A DNA stretch of 64,000 nt from the human T2T-CHM13v2.0 reference genome, Homo sapiens (GCF_009914755.1 NC_060938.1), one strand, 5' to 3'. Shown: positions 1 through 12,799, counted from the stretch's first letter. Numbers and translations are program-made. Notes: generated by a model not told the origin, from the letters alone.

Positions 1-315
1 ATCTGTGAAAAACTGCTAATCTATGAAGACATTTTTTATCAAGATTTATCTCAAGGCCCCCATCTCACTTTTTCCAACAATCCTCCTCTCTAATGTCACA
101 AACGTTGTGCAGTCCCTATGAGTTTCCCACATTGAATGAGCCAGCTTAAACAATATAAGCCTAAACTTCAAAGCTTGATAAATACCCTTCGGTCCATTTA
201 GTCCTTTTGAGATATTACCAATAATTAATCAAAGTGATGTTTTCCCTTGTTTCAGTAAATTAAATACACTCAAGTTTAATTAATCAGTAGGTTTCTCTGG
301 TGGTATTTCAGGGGG
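1..315 (+). mobile_element. 3' part of the 5' LTR of an ancient ERV1 (MER34/MER67-group-like; name tentative), cut by the window edge
   Basis: Ends in '...taatcagtaggtttctctggtggtatttcaggggg...', resembling the U5 end of MER34/MER67-type LTRs. It is followed by leader and gag-like sequence. Confidence 0.5.
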
Positions 316-1264
316 CAAATAGTCTTAGAGGACCCACTGAGATAAAGCCAAGGATCCTCAGTACTGCAGCAAAATCTCTCACCATGTAAATAGTATACTG
401 ATCAGGATACCATTGAATTTACAAATTTAGGGTCTCTCAAACTGCAAAGTTGAGTTTCCACATTAAGTCTGAGCTCTGATTACTTTTTTTAGCCTCCATT
501 TTAAGGGATTCTTAGATTATTTTATCAGACTTGAAAATAATTTTTCTTGGTATTAATTTTTCTTGTAACTATGGAAGTTAGTACCTTTTCTGTTTGCCCC
601 TCTGTCTTTGTATCTGTTGTGAGTCTATAAGAGTAAATCCCAGAGTGGAAGAGATACGTAGTTCTGATAAATGCATCTCTGGAACTAATCTCAGAGACTA
701 ACTGGTAATAGTCTCTTCTAGACCTTTCATTATTGTATAGGGACATCTACCAAAATTTATGACAACTTTCCTCAGTCTTATCTTGTTTTGTGAAAGTCTA
801 GTTAAAGGAAATATCTCATCTGAAAATTTCTTGTCTATCAGGAGTTGCAGATTGATTGGGTCTGCAACACAAAATGGCCAGTCCTCAGGTGGCAACCCCA
901 CATATAAAATGAATAAAAAATTTGACTGAATGTTTCCAGATTCTCATGGGTTTATCTCAGCCTAAGGACACACTTTGTTCAGCACAAACTCCTGCTTTTT
1001 TGTGCTATAAACATCACTTTTGTGCTTATGTTTATAAATGGTATAATTTCACCAAGAATAATTTACAATTATAGTTGTCACTTTAGATAACTTTAATAGA
1101 AAGGAAATTGAAGCAAAAGGTGAGCAAACTTCCAAACATTCAATAGTCTGAAATTTTTGTATGAAAAAACTTCCAAAAGAAATCAAGATTCCATAATTTT
1201 ATCCTGAAGTGATTCATTGGCCAAGGCAAATTTAAAAAATACAAAACTTAAATCTCTTTCTCTG

Positions 1265-1458
1265 TGTATGCATTAAGGAAAGGCCACATGAGCACACGGT
1301 GAGAAGCTGAAAATCTGCGAGCCACAAGGAGTGCCTTTACCAGGAACTGAATTGGTGACACTTTGATTGAGGTTTCTCAAACTCCAGGACTGTGAGAATA
1401 CATTTCTGTTTAAGCTCTCTAGTCTAGTGTTTTGCTACGGCAGCCCAAGATGATTATT
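1265..1458 (+). mobile_element. MaLR LTR fragment (MLT1A/B-like) inside the ERV
   Basis: 'ggccacatgagcacacggtgagaag...ctccaggactgtgagaatacatttctgtttaagc...ggcagcccaagatgat' matches the 3' half of MLT1. Confidence 0.65.
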
Positions 1459-1887
1459 AATGTGCTTTGCTACTCTCCTTTTATTACCATAAGGGGAAAG
1501 TTAATATTAGCTTTTGTTTGTAAACTATGTTCTAAAGAAACTTATTAGAAACTTTTCTAGAAAACACAAGTCTAATCTCTTTTGCTCTTAGGTCATACCT
1601 TAAGACTGAAATAGAAAAATTTCAAATTCTACCACCAAACTAGAAGTCCATTCAACCATAGATAATTATTGCTTTTCAGAAGCACACGTCAGCAGGAATG
1701 GTAACTTCATTGCATCCATCAGAGCTTGCCAGTTGGCTAGTGATAGAAGAATCAATACATAAATTGGTAGCAACATGCTATTGTGGCAGTACCTAATTTT
1801 GGAATGCTTTGGAAACAATGAGGGTTCTTGACATTACCTAGGAAACCCAATTTAAATCGTTAACAATTAAATAGTTTTTTTCTTAGA

Positions 1888-1945
1888 ATCTTCTTAGGAA
1901 GCTATAGAGCACTTTGCAAAGTGCTCTATAGCTTCCTAAGAAGAT
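1888..1945. repeat. Perfect 58-bp palindrome (29-bp arms, no spacer)
   Basis: atcttcttaggaagctatagagcactttg|caaagtgctctatagcttcctaagaagat; the arms are exact reverse complements. Confidence 0.97.
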
Positions 1946-4587
1946 AGCTAGTATAAAAGTAGGAACACATGTATAAAAGGAAAATAGAAGGCTAAAGGAA
2001 ATGCCCAAGCTGATCAGCATGACAGGCAGGCAGTTGTTCCTAACATCCTGTCTCCCACTACATCTGAGAAGACCAAAACTTTGGAAAAGTTCAAAGAGGC
2101 TATATAGAGTGCTAGTGATCTAGACTCAGGAAAAAAAAAAAAAAAAAAAAAGATTTTTTGAACAGTCTGATTGCAATTTACATGATGATAATTTCTGGCA
2201 CTTTCAAAATAGCTGCTGAATAGTACCAAAGTAACTCAAAAGAAATCATCCAAAATTTTAAATAAAATTGCCTACCAAATAAAGTACAAATTGGACAATA
2301 GGCTCAATTAATATTGGTGGGGAATGTTATAAAATTTGCTGAGTAAGTTTCTGGTGCCTGACTCACCCATCACTAGTATAATCTTGCAAAAATGATAAAA
2401 ATAAGGCACTAACAAGATACCAATATCCTAGGCCTCTTTAAAATTTCCAAAATGTTTCATAAGACTAACCCTAAATAGTTTTGAATACATCTCTGTCATT
2501 GTCTGCTGAGCCTTAGGATAGAGTGAAAATTTTCCTTGCCAGAAAGCTACCTAGCAAACCTCCGCATTCTGATCATAGAAATAAATAAATAAATAAAAGC
2601 TTAAATGTGTGTTTTACCGAGATGGTTATTAACAGCTTTGTAATAACTTTGTAATAACAAACTCAGAAATTTCACTTTCTTATCACCCTCAATCACTGCA
2701 AAATGTATGAGAATTGAATTGTCAAACTAAAATCAGCAAAGCTTGGAGACACTCAAACTTCCATTTCATAAAGTAAAGCCATGGGCTTTAACAACCAAAT
2801 CAACTTCTGGGATTAATTGGCTGTTTCCTCATGGTTAAAGAATAGGCCAACTCAACACAAACATGGATGAATACTGAAAAACAATACATTACCTATATTG
2901 ATATTGTTTATACCAATACCATACAAGCAATATACCATATCTGATCATCAACTTTTCTTCAATATCCTCCCAAACAACTCTTACATGATCTAAAGCCTGA
3001 AGATCTAGTCTTCTAGAAGAGATACAGATAAATACAGCTCTTGAAACACAGTTGGAAGGACCACGTCAGGTAATGTCAACTAGTAGGATATCAGTAAAAC
3101 TCCAGAAACTTAATCCTTGGGTTCCTAATTTTCAATAAAAGAAACATAAGCCATCCTCAGATTACTGGAAAACTATCTCAATCAGACATCTCAAGCTGAA
3201 GATTTTAGTGATTTCTCAGGAGCAGATCATCTTTGGAAAGGAGATAATGTCAAAAAAAAAGTCCTACAGAATTAGATTGACATGAATGGGGCCAAAGATT
3301 ACCAGGTTTCAAGTAACATGCATATGTTCTCTATTTTTACAGCTTTTTTTTTTTTTTTTTTTTTGTCTTTTTATTGATTTAATGTCCTGGACTACAGATT
3401 CTCTTACAATTGACTAAAGCACATAAAACCAAACCAAATAATAGATTTATACTTCCTTTCTTTTAGAATTTACCTAAAAGAACGTTGGTATAAATCTCTC
3501 TTCAGTACAAAGTTCATTTTAATAAATGAGTTTACTTCTTAGGTAATTGCATGTACCTCAAATGTGATTTTCTATGTAAAATATACAACAATAGGCCAGA
3601 CATGTCATACCAGAAAAGAGAGGTTGCTATCTCCACTGAAATAATACTTGAGCCTTTGAAACTTTGTAGACCTTAAAACTGAAGTTTCGCAGAAATAGAG
3701 ATTAGAAAGTAACCTTGGAAAATGGTGTCATTGTGGAAGTTGTCTTACTTTACAGACCATGTGAAGAATTTCTCCCAATTTAAACTCAATCTCATGTTCT
3801 TTTGCTTCAACCTACCTGGTTGGTAATCTCTGTACTATTAGTCTCATTACTTGTGTGCCAGCACACTCCTCGGTGACAACCAATCTACATAATATGATTC
3901 ATCAATCCCATTGGAATATTTTGGCTGAAATTAGATGATTGTGTGTCTTCACCATCACTACCATTAACTGGTATTAGCTTTTTTCCACAAAAGTCTATCA
4001 TTCCACAAAAGCCTATCGGTTAAACTCTGCAAGAAGATCAGTAATTTCTTCTCTCAATAAATTAACGTGTGCATTCAATTTCTTATTTCACTTAGAGTTT
4101 GCTTTATCTCATCAACTTTCTGCTCCTAGCAAAAGAGGCCTTAAGATAATTTAAAGAAGAGAAAAATTTGTTCTCTATTTGAAACTCTGAAACATACCCC
4201 CTTGAAAAGAAATTTGGTGTTAACTTCTTCAGTATTCTATGTCCTTTATTTAATGCTTACAGTAAGTCTGAAAATTGGAAAAAATAATTTTATGTGAGAT
4301 TTGCATGGGAGGCATTTCACTAAGAGCATAAATTTTCCTGTCCTTGAAACTTGTGACCTTGAATAGGTTGTGTTTCAAAAGAGAGGAGTCCTAAATATAA
4401 TAGCAGTCTTTGAAGGTAAAAATACAGGTGTTCTTCGGTGAAGAATGCTGTACGTAATTCCCAGACACTTCCTGGTATTATTAATATTACTAAAATATTG
4501 AAATAGTAAACAAAGACTTCAGGAAAATAGGTAACTTGACTAACACCCCTATATTGTTTTTCTCTGAGTTACTCATATTGGGAACTG

Positions 4588-4810
4588 ATTTCATTTTCTT
4601 GGGTGAATGTGGACATGCTAGTCTACTAACTGAAAGTACAAAGCAAACTGTGACAATAATAATCTTTTTCTTAGTCTCTGTCTGTATTATTTAGCTTTAT
4701 TTCATTTTTTTGGGCAAATGTGGACATGCTAGTCTACTAACTGAAAGTACAAAGCAAACTATAATAATAATAATAGTCCCTTTCTTAGAACCTGTCTGTA
4801 TTATTTAGTT
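4588..4810. repeat. ~111-bp tandem duplication
   Basis: Identical 44-nt core aatgtggacatgctagtctactaactgaaagtacaaagcaaact at 4606-4649 and 4717-4760, with similar flanks. Confidence 0.9.
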
Positions 4811-5179
4811 TGGACTGCAATAACAAAAGGTTAGGTAAATCAATTGGCAGAAATTTGTTTTCTGACCATTCTGGAGGCTGGTAAGTCCAAGGTCAAGGTG
4901 CTGGCAGATTTGGTTATTTGTGAGGGCCCTCTTTTTGTCTTGTAGACAGCCACCTTCTCACTGTGTCCTCACATGGCCTTTCCTGGGTGCACGCTCATGA
5001 ATAGAGAAAGATCTCTTCCTCTTCTTATTAAAGCACTAATCCCATCATAAGGACCCACACTCATGACCTAATATAAACCTAATTACTTTCCAAAGGTCCC
5101 ACCTTCTAATACCATCACCTTGGGTGTTAGGGTTTCAGCATACGAATTTTGAGGGAACACAAACATTCAGACTGCAGCA
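4797..5179 (-). mobile_element. MaLR solo LTR (MLT1A/MST-like)
   Basis: 'ttctggaggctgg..aagtccaaggtcaaggtgctggcagatttgg...gtgtcctcacatgg...taatcccatcat...aataccatcaccttggg...aaacattcagactgcagca'. Confidence 0.8.
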
Positions 5180-6967
5180 GTTACAATTTTCAAAATGCTT
5201 TTGCCCAGAAGTTGTCCTATGAAATGATCCAATGAATGACTATTGAGAGAGAAAAATGACAGCGAGAGAGAGATAGAAATAGAGAAGATAGAAAAATCTC
5301 GATAATATTAAAGATTAAAACAGCTGCTTTCTAAAACATGATCCTTAATGATAATTCTTCAGTCCTGCACCTCATTATCAAAGACCAGTAGCAGTAATGA
5401 AATAAGACCAATAGCCCACTGCTTGTACCTTCTATTTTCTTTAGCATTAGTTAATCCTAAGTACTACCCTTCCCAATTCCACAGTGTTCTGGTGGAGCTG
5501 TCATTCACTGTGCCACAAAACAAGCCAATCAATATCTCTCCCTCCATAGAATTTTAATCTCAATCATCATGGCAAAAAGACAGGAAGGCTTTCAGCTTCT
5601 CTTTCCAACATGAATATGGAAACTAGTCATCAGCTCCTGACTTGCAATCTGGGTTATCCTGACTACTATACAGGTTTTCCAAACTTTTAAAAACAAAATT
5701 CTTTGTAATCCTTAGTGTCTGATAATAAATTTGTTATAATTTAGCTTGAGTCAAATTCTGTTACTTATGAAAGGCTCCTCATTGATTTCGTATTAGCATG
5801 TGTGCACCAACATATGCTCATTCTCGAAGCCTTTCTGTGCTCTGAATTAATTTCTGAAAAAGAAAAGGGAAACAGTTCCAAGCTGCATTAGGCTTAGTGA
5901 ATTGTATCAGCAGCTGTAGACCAAAGGGTTCTCTTTAATATTCTAGCAGCATACAGAAAGCTGCTGCAAAAGGCTCCAGGTTTTCAGCCACACCCCAAAA
6001 CCTAGAATGATAATACCAGTCACAGTATCATTTTCAAATGCAAAGGGGACAAAATCTTTTATTATTAATGTCTTTCCCATATCCTATTCTTAAAGAAAAT
6101 CTATGATTAGAAATTCCTGTCAGACTAAATCCTAACCTGATCAACTCCTCACGCTCTAAAGCTGCACCCAGCAATAAATGAAGATAGAAAATGACTGACT
6201 CAACAGAGCCCTCATAGACCATCAGAGCTATGAATATTAATTCCATAAGGAAACTTGGAGGAAGGGAACAAAGTCAAGGATTAGCAATGGAGAGAAAAAC
6301 CAGGTCTGGGGAACTGGCTAAGGAGGCTAACCACTTAAATTATCAATTTACAAAAGCAAGGACAATAAACATTAAGAAGGCTTTAGGCCAGCTATTTAAA
6401 TAGAATTATTCTTTTTAAACCCTTTCTCAGTCTACAACCTTCTCTAACTACTTCTAAACATAATCACGACTAACATATGAGCCAGTGCAGTTAATGCTTG
6501 TTAAAAGCATGAGTATAGATTAGTGCTATGTCTTCACTTTATGCTTCTTATCTTTCAACCGCCTGGTTCTTTTTATGTCTGGCCTAACGTTTTTCAAACT
6601 TTGGGCCGCAGGGTCTGTGCTAATTTACATAAGGGTATGAAGAAAAAACACTTCATAAAAATGTCATGTAGAAATTGAAAGACTTCTATGAAATGCACTA
6701 GTTAAATTTGGTGATAGATTCCTTTTACAGGCCATCTGGTTTAATTCTGCAAAATGTAATATGGTCTTCATGGAAATAAAAAAAAGAAATATAAATGCCA
6801 AAGGGGATTGTTTTTTAATTGGAAAACATAAAAAGTTGACAGATTTTGAAGAGTTCCCTATAAAAAGATCCCTTAATGTTTTTTATTAACTGTTTTGTTT
6901 ACATTGAAGTATATAAATGATTGCACATATGACTAAGTAGAAAACTACTTATAGATGTTATAGCTAA

Positions 6968-7262
<295 letters not shown>

Positions 7263-8177
7263 CTATTTTCTTAATCAGAATTATGAAGGGTAATTTAGTT
7301 CCTACTATCTTCCCATTTCAAAGCAATTAATGAATGTCATACTAAAAATGTTTAAGAACAAAGTTGTCTACCTTAGAAAGCTTCAAAAATGTATAACTTA
7401 TTTCTGTGCTTTTCGCATCTGACAGTCAAGTAAATAGGTTATTAAATCTATTGTAATCTATTAAGTCTAACAGAAACAGAACAATAGTAAGAACTAGTAA
7501 GTTCCACTGCTTACTAGTTCTTTCTTCTGAGACCTTCTAGTACTTTTCTTCTGAGACCTTGTTTCTCAGGATTCTAAGCAGTAGGATATACATTCAATAC
7601 AACATTATTTAAACCACTTATTTGCATATTCCATATCACCAAATAATATATGGGAAAGAAACAGCATCCTAAGATAACCAGAAAAGTCCATTTTATTTGA
7701 CTGAATTTTTGCACTTATTTCCTTTGTGACTTACTCTCTTAAAGTATTTCTATTTCATTGTTTATAATAGTAAACAACAGGCAAGCAAGGAAAAAAACAG
7801 TTACAGCTTTGGCTAAATATTTCCCTGAACAGGTTCATGTAAAAATGGCTTATTTATGTAGCTTGTATGAGAGGGGAAATTTCTTATAAGGGACAATGTG
7901 GTTCTTAATGATTTTTGACATAGCTCCATTTAATCTAGTAAATAATAAAAGACAATGCATTGGATGTTATTTTATTTTATTGTTTCTTTGAAAACATGAA
8001 CTCTTATCATCATAATGCTATAGTTTTTGATACAAGATAAATTTTCATATTGTTCAGTCATAAAATATTAGACAGCACAAAATTGCCTGACTTCCATTAG
8101 CAGATATGTTTTTAACCAGAATCAGCTCATTTCAGCTAATTTATTTCACCATCATCCCTGACAAAGACTATCTTTTT

Positions 8178-8520
8178 CTTCAAACTAAATTAGGTTCCTC
8201 TAAGCACTCTTCTCAATTAGGCCTGTTTTCAGTAAATATCGCTACATCAGTTTAGCAAGAACACCTACCCTTGATTTCTGATCACTTGGGCCTGCCTTCA
8301 ATAAGAATCCCCTTATCCTTGATGTTTCCTCTTAATAATTTGCCATCCTCTAATTTCCTCACTCTACTCCTTGGCTATGAATCTCCAGCTGTCTTTGCTG
8401 TATTTGGAGCTGGACTCACTCTCTCTTCCCTATTACAGTAGAATTGACTTCTATTGCAATATTCCTGATTGGAGTCTTCTTTACTGTTTTAATGTGTCAG
8501 AATAATTTTTTTCTTTAATA
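8178..8520 (+). mobile_element. MER31-like ERV1 solo LTR
   Basis: 'cagtttagcaagaac...ctgatcacttgggcctgccttcaataagaatcc...gatgtttcctcttaataatt...gaataatttttttctttaata'. Confidence 0.75.
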
Positions 8521-9039
8521 CCATAGATGTCTGTTTTTCTCTTCTAATGAATAGTTGGATTATTGATATCACTTAAAGTTCATCTGAGAAAAGGAGGCAT
8601 TGGTTCTCACAGTTGTTAAGTAGTAAACCCTCCTCTCCTGATATTTTAGCTTAGGATAAGAATTTGAGACTATTTTACCAAAAATTTAGAGATATCAAAT
8701 ATATGACTCAATTAATCTAGCATAGGATTATTAGGCAGGCTTGAATGCCTAGATAATAAATGGATAGTAAATGCCAGTGGAGAGTGTTGATAGTCAAAAT
8801 ATAAACCAATCACATACAAAGAAATCAGCAGTCACCTGATACAGATACTATGAACCAGAGAACTAAAGAGACTGAAATGCACCTTTCTTAAAAAATGGAG
8901 GGTAGGGAAGTAAATTAAAAGTGTCATTTCTTGTACCACAGACATTTCCCTCTTTATTTCTTCCCACCTATCTTTTACACATACTCATAAGTATCCCCCA
9001 CCACCACAACCCCTCAAATGAATCTCTCAGTCCTCTAGT

Positions 9040-9690
9040 TTCAGTCATTTCTCTTCCCATTCACATACAAGACTCATGAAAGAAACATTCCCAGTTTTTA
9101 CTTTTTCACCACTTTTTTACTCTTTATCTCAAACCACTGGACTCTGTGTCCTGCCACCATTAATTCACTGAAATTGTTCTTACCAAATTCAATAGTTCTT
9201 CCTTCTAAATTCACTGAATATTTTTGAGTTTTTTTTTTAATTTTATTATTATTATACTTTAAGTTTTTGTTTTTATCTACTTTCTATCTCATTTTACAAC
9301 ACTGACAACTCTTTTATTTTAGAAATGTTCTTTTGGCATATATCGACATTGGTTCTTTTTATTGTATTCTAGTCATGGCTTTTTAATCTCCTTTGCAACT
9401 ACTTCCTTCTGGGCTTACCCCTTAAATAGCCCAAGTGTCAGCTACCAGCCTCCTTCTTTAGCTACCAGCCTCCTTCTTTTCTCATTGTGTGCACTTTCTG
9501 TGAGTATCCTCCATCGTCCTGCATGACTTCTAACTACCATCATTAAGCTGACAACACTCATATCTTTTTTCAACAGGTCTTATATCACACCTGAAAATCA
9601 AAACCATGTATCTAACTCTCTGTTGATGTAGTTACCTTTCAAATTCACCTACCAAAGACAGCCATGTTTCAAATTCAACATATCCCAGTG
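9040..9690 (+). mobile_element. L2 LINE fragment
   Basis: Pyrimidine-rich L2-like motifs ('ccaccattaattcactgaaattgttcttacc', 'catgacttctaactaccatc...gctgacaacactca', 'caaattcaacatatccc'). Confidence 0.55.
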
Positions 9691-9704
9691 TAGTTGATTA
9701 TCCA

Positions 9705-10028
9705 TAGGGAATAGTTACCTTAGTTACCCAGGGAGAGTCCTACAACTATAGCACCTCTGGCTTTCAATAACGAAAAGCAGCCACTGCCTATCTGAAGAAA
9801 GAGAAAAAGATGGAGAAATAAACATGAATTCAGGAAAATAAATGTCTAAACTTTACTTTCGCCCGCTGATTTTTTACTAGTGCTTGCCATTGGCTAAATC
9901 TAACTGGGATCCAGAGGGCAAGATAGCTTGCTGATGCAATCTCTAAAGTTAAAGCCTCCCCAGGCACAAAGCAGAATGAAGCAGAGTGCAGGTGGGTCTG
10001 AAGAATCAATCAGGAAGTATCTAGCAGA
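9705..10028 (-). mobile_element. LTR33-like ERVL LTR fragment
   Basis: 'ccattggctaaatctaactgggatccagagggcaag...gcctccccaggcacaaagcagaatgaagcagagtgcaggtgggtctg' matches the reverse complement of the LTR33 5' end. Confidence 0.65.
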
Positions 10029-10162
10029 GTGCAGTACTTTTACCTGTTGTTATCTATTCTTGTCATTTGTCTGAATAAACACTTCTACCTCTGCAAAAAG
10101 AAAGCATGGCCTGGGCAGCTGCTGCCCTGTCAACCTCGTGCTCCATAAAGTAAAATGGGCAC

Positions 10163-10506
10163 GGCCAGGCGTGGTGGCTCACGGCTGTAATCCCAGCACT
10201 TTGGGAGGCCAAGGCAGGCAGATCATGAGGTCAGGAGATCAAGACCACCCTGGCTAACACGGTGAAACACCGTCTCTACTAAAACAAACAAACAAACAAA
10301 AAAACCAAAAAATTAGCCGGGCGTGATGGTGGGCGCCTGTAGTCCCAGCTACTTGGGAGGCTGAGGCAGAGAATGGCGTGAACCCAGGAGGCGGAGCTTG
10401 CAGTGAGCCGAGATCGCGCCACCGCACTCTAGCCTGGGCAACAGAGCAAGACTCCATCTCAAAAAAAAAAAACCAAAAAACAACAACAACAAAAAAAACC
10501 AAAAAA
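10163..10506 (+). mobile_element. Full-length AluY-like SINE with expanded (AAAC)n linker
   Basis: ggccaggcgtggtggctcac...caggagatcaagacc..ggctaacacggtgaaac...gaatggcgtgaacc..gcttgcagtgagccgagatcgcgcc; degenerate TSD aaagtaaaatgggcac / aaggtaaaatggggac. Confidence 0.95.
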
Positions 10507-10687
10507 GGTAAAATGGGGACACACAAAGTCTGTTATCACCAGTCCTCCCTTGACAGCACTTTGAAAAGTACACCATGATGTCATTTTGAATTTTGGGGGA
10601 TTAGCAGGAGATCAGAACCAGTATCTGTTTTCCTCCTGAAAGTCTCCTCATTTCCCTTTCTGCAGTGCACAGTCACCCTAGTGAATG

Positions 10688-10689
<2 letters not shown>

Positions 10690-10731
<42 letters not shown>

Positions 10732-10737
10732 ACACAC
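10690..10737. repeat. (CA)n microsatellite
   Basis: Direct reading. Confidence 0.97.
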
Positions 10738-10874
10738 TCCTTGGTTTTGTTGCATGGTCCTTACTCAAAGTACTCTGTTCTTCCAGTTGTTCAAAGGGCT
10801 TCAAGTCTGTGAACAGACACACAAAAACTCAGCAAAAATCCTTGAATTTCCACTATGGAGACTCAAGTTAGGCG

Positions 10875-11397
10875 TCTGTCTACCAAATAAATGTACCAAT
10901 ACTTCCATCAAGATGGAGCGTAATTCTCCTCCTGTTGGTTATAGGATGTATTTAGTGACTCCATTTGTAATGAAAAAAAATGTAGCAGAACTGATAAAGT
11001 ATAACTTCTGAGACTAGGTCATAAAAGGCATTTCGGTTTCCTCCTTGCCGACTTTCTCAGATCATTCCTTCTAGGGAAGTCAGCTGCCATGTCATGACAG
11101 AAACTCAGGCAACCTATAGAGAGTTCCATGTGTCAAGAAACTGAGGCCTTCTGTCAATAGTCATGTAGGCAAGCTATGTGGGAAGTGGATTCTCCAGCCT
11201 CATTCAGGCCTTCAGATGAATGCATTCCTGGCTGACATGTTCACAGCAACTTCATGAGAGACCTGGAAACCAGAGACATGCAGACAAGTTGCTCCTACAT
11301 TTCTGACCCTCAAAAATTATGAATTAATAAACGTGTTATTTTAAGCTGCTAAATATTAGGGTAATTTGTAATGTATGTAGCAAAATATAATCAATAT
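10875..11397 (+). mobile_element. MaLR solo LTR (MLT1E/F-like)
   Basis: 'aacttctgagactaggtcataaaagg...gtcagctgccatgtcatga...aactgaggcctt...ggccttcagatga...ttttaagctgctaaatattagggtaatttg'. Confidence 0.75.
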
Positions 11398-12013
11398 ATC
11401 TATATAAGTCAACTATCATTGCTCCTTTCTGGGGATCTCAGGATCAATTTGTCAGTGCCAAAAAATCCCAACAAATCAAAATAGTCTACTATTCTGTTCC
11501 TATGGCTTATTTTGATAACTGTATTGTCTCCATCTATTTTTATCCCTATAGGTCTCATTATTTCCATTAAGATCAGGGCATCCCCCATAGTCAACTCTAG
11601 CTTACCAGGACAGCCACCATGGTACTCATCAAGGACCCTTCATGACTGCTTTTTATAATAGCCTAGCAAAGAGAGTATCCTCTGGTCCTTACTGAAGAGA
11701 ATACTGAAGGAGTAGTTAAACAATTTGCTCATAATCCATTCAAAAATTATCATCTTCCTAATCTTTCAGATTATTTTTCCAGCATGACAGTGGAACATCT
11801 AGCATTTTACCCTCATTAACTATGAGACCATCAATCAGTCCAGGCATCAATTAATCAATTCAGTGGATTATTAATACAACTTCCAACAGCTCAAGCTACT
11901 GTGTTAAGTCCTGAATCCCAGGTGAGTGTACCCATGAATTTGACTCCATCTAATCTAATATATCAGTCTTCCTTCATCTACTTCCCATAGAATTCATCAC
12001 TATATACATTGCT

Positions 12014-12491
12014 TATATTAGTTTTGTAAGGTTGCTGTAACAAAGTATCAAAAACTGAGTGGCTTAAAATAACAGAAATTCATTTTCGCACAGCTATAAA
12101 ATCTAAAAGTCCAAAATCAAGGTATAGGCAGAGCACATTCTCTCTGATGGCTCTACGGGAAAGTGCTTTCTTGCATATCAGTTTCTGGGATTTGCTTGCA
12201 ATTCTTAGTGTTCCTTGGCCTTTAGATGCATCATGCCAGTTTTGTGGCCACCTTCTCTCTCTGTGTCTTCACTTTATCTTCCCTCTGTGCATGGTTGGCT
12301 TTTTTGGTTCAAATTTCCTCTTTTTATAAGGATATCCAGTTATATTATATTAGGGCTCACTCTAACAACTTCATTTTATCTTGACTACTTCTATGAAGAC
12401 CCAATTTCCAAATATGATAACATTTTGAGGTACTGAGGGTTAGAACTTCAACATATCTTTTTTGGGGTTGGGTCACAATAAATCCATAACA
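12014..12491 (-). mobile_element. MaLR solo LTR (MLT1C/D-like)
   Basis: 'tatattagttttgtaaggttgctgtaacaaagta...ggcttaaaataacagaaatt...gaggtactgagggttagaacttcaacatatc...aatccataaca'. Confidence 0.8.
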
Positions 12492-12799
12492 ATCTCCAGC
12501 CTCCTTCCAATACAAAATTATAAAGTCCCATGTCTTTTTTCACTGTATCTGAAATCTTCCCAGGCAATGCCTTCCCCTACAATTCTGGCGCTCTGCTTTT
12601 TTCTATCCTGGGGTTTAATTCTCTTGGACCTGGAGGAGGTGAAGATTGCGTTCTGAGAAAAAGTGGCATCCTCCTGTGAGACAAATTCCATAGCTAAGAC
12701 TTCAAGGAAAGAGAGGAGTAGATTGCTCTATCTATTAGCAAGAAAAATTCAAGGAGATTTTGAATTCCAAACTTCTCAGCCAATTCTGTGATGGCCCAC

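Larger units (their letters stand above)
316..5250 (+). mobile_element. Decayed internal region of an ancient class I ERV (gag-pol-env remnants, many stops and frameshifts; 3' LTR not recognised)
   Basis: Manual translation gives retroviral motifs in correct order: gag MA-like MGLSQPKD..TPAF..KWYNFTKNNLQL from ATG 946; RNase H-like FGMLWKQ*GFLT (1798-1833) and LPKKIASIKVGTH (~1932-1970); integrase FEYISVIVC..FPC (~2480-2545) and C-terminal LKPEDLVF..GP.QV..VKLQKLNPWV (~2990-3125); env TM VVFQKRGVLNIIA..GEECC (4367-4451). Confidence 0.75.

Noticed and set aside
2131-3364. Poly-A (2131-2151) and poly-T (3344-3364) tracts as processed-pseudogene tails
   Set aside because: No TSDs, poly(A) signal or mRNA-like body; the flanks continue as ERV sequence, so these are likely mononucleotide expansions.
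10685-11011. 108-aa ORF with an HT repeat
   Set aside because: Produced by the (CA)n microsatellite and the adjacent MLT1.
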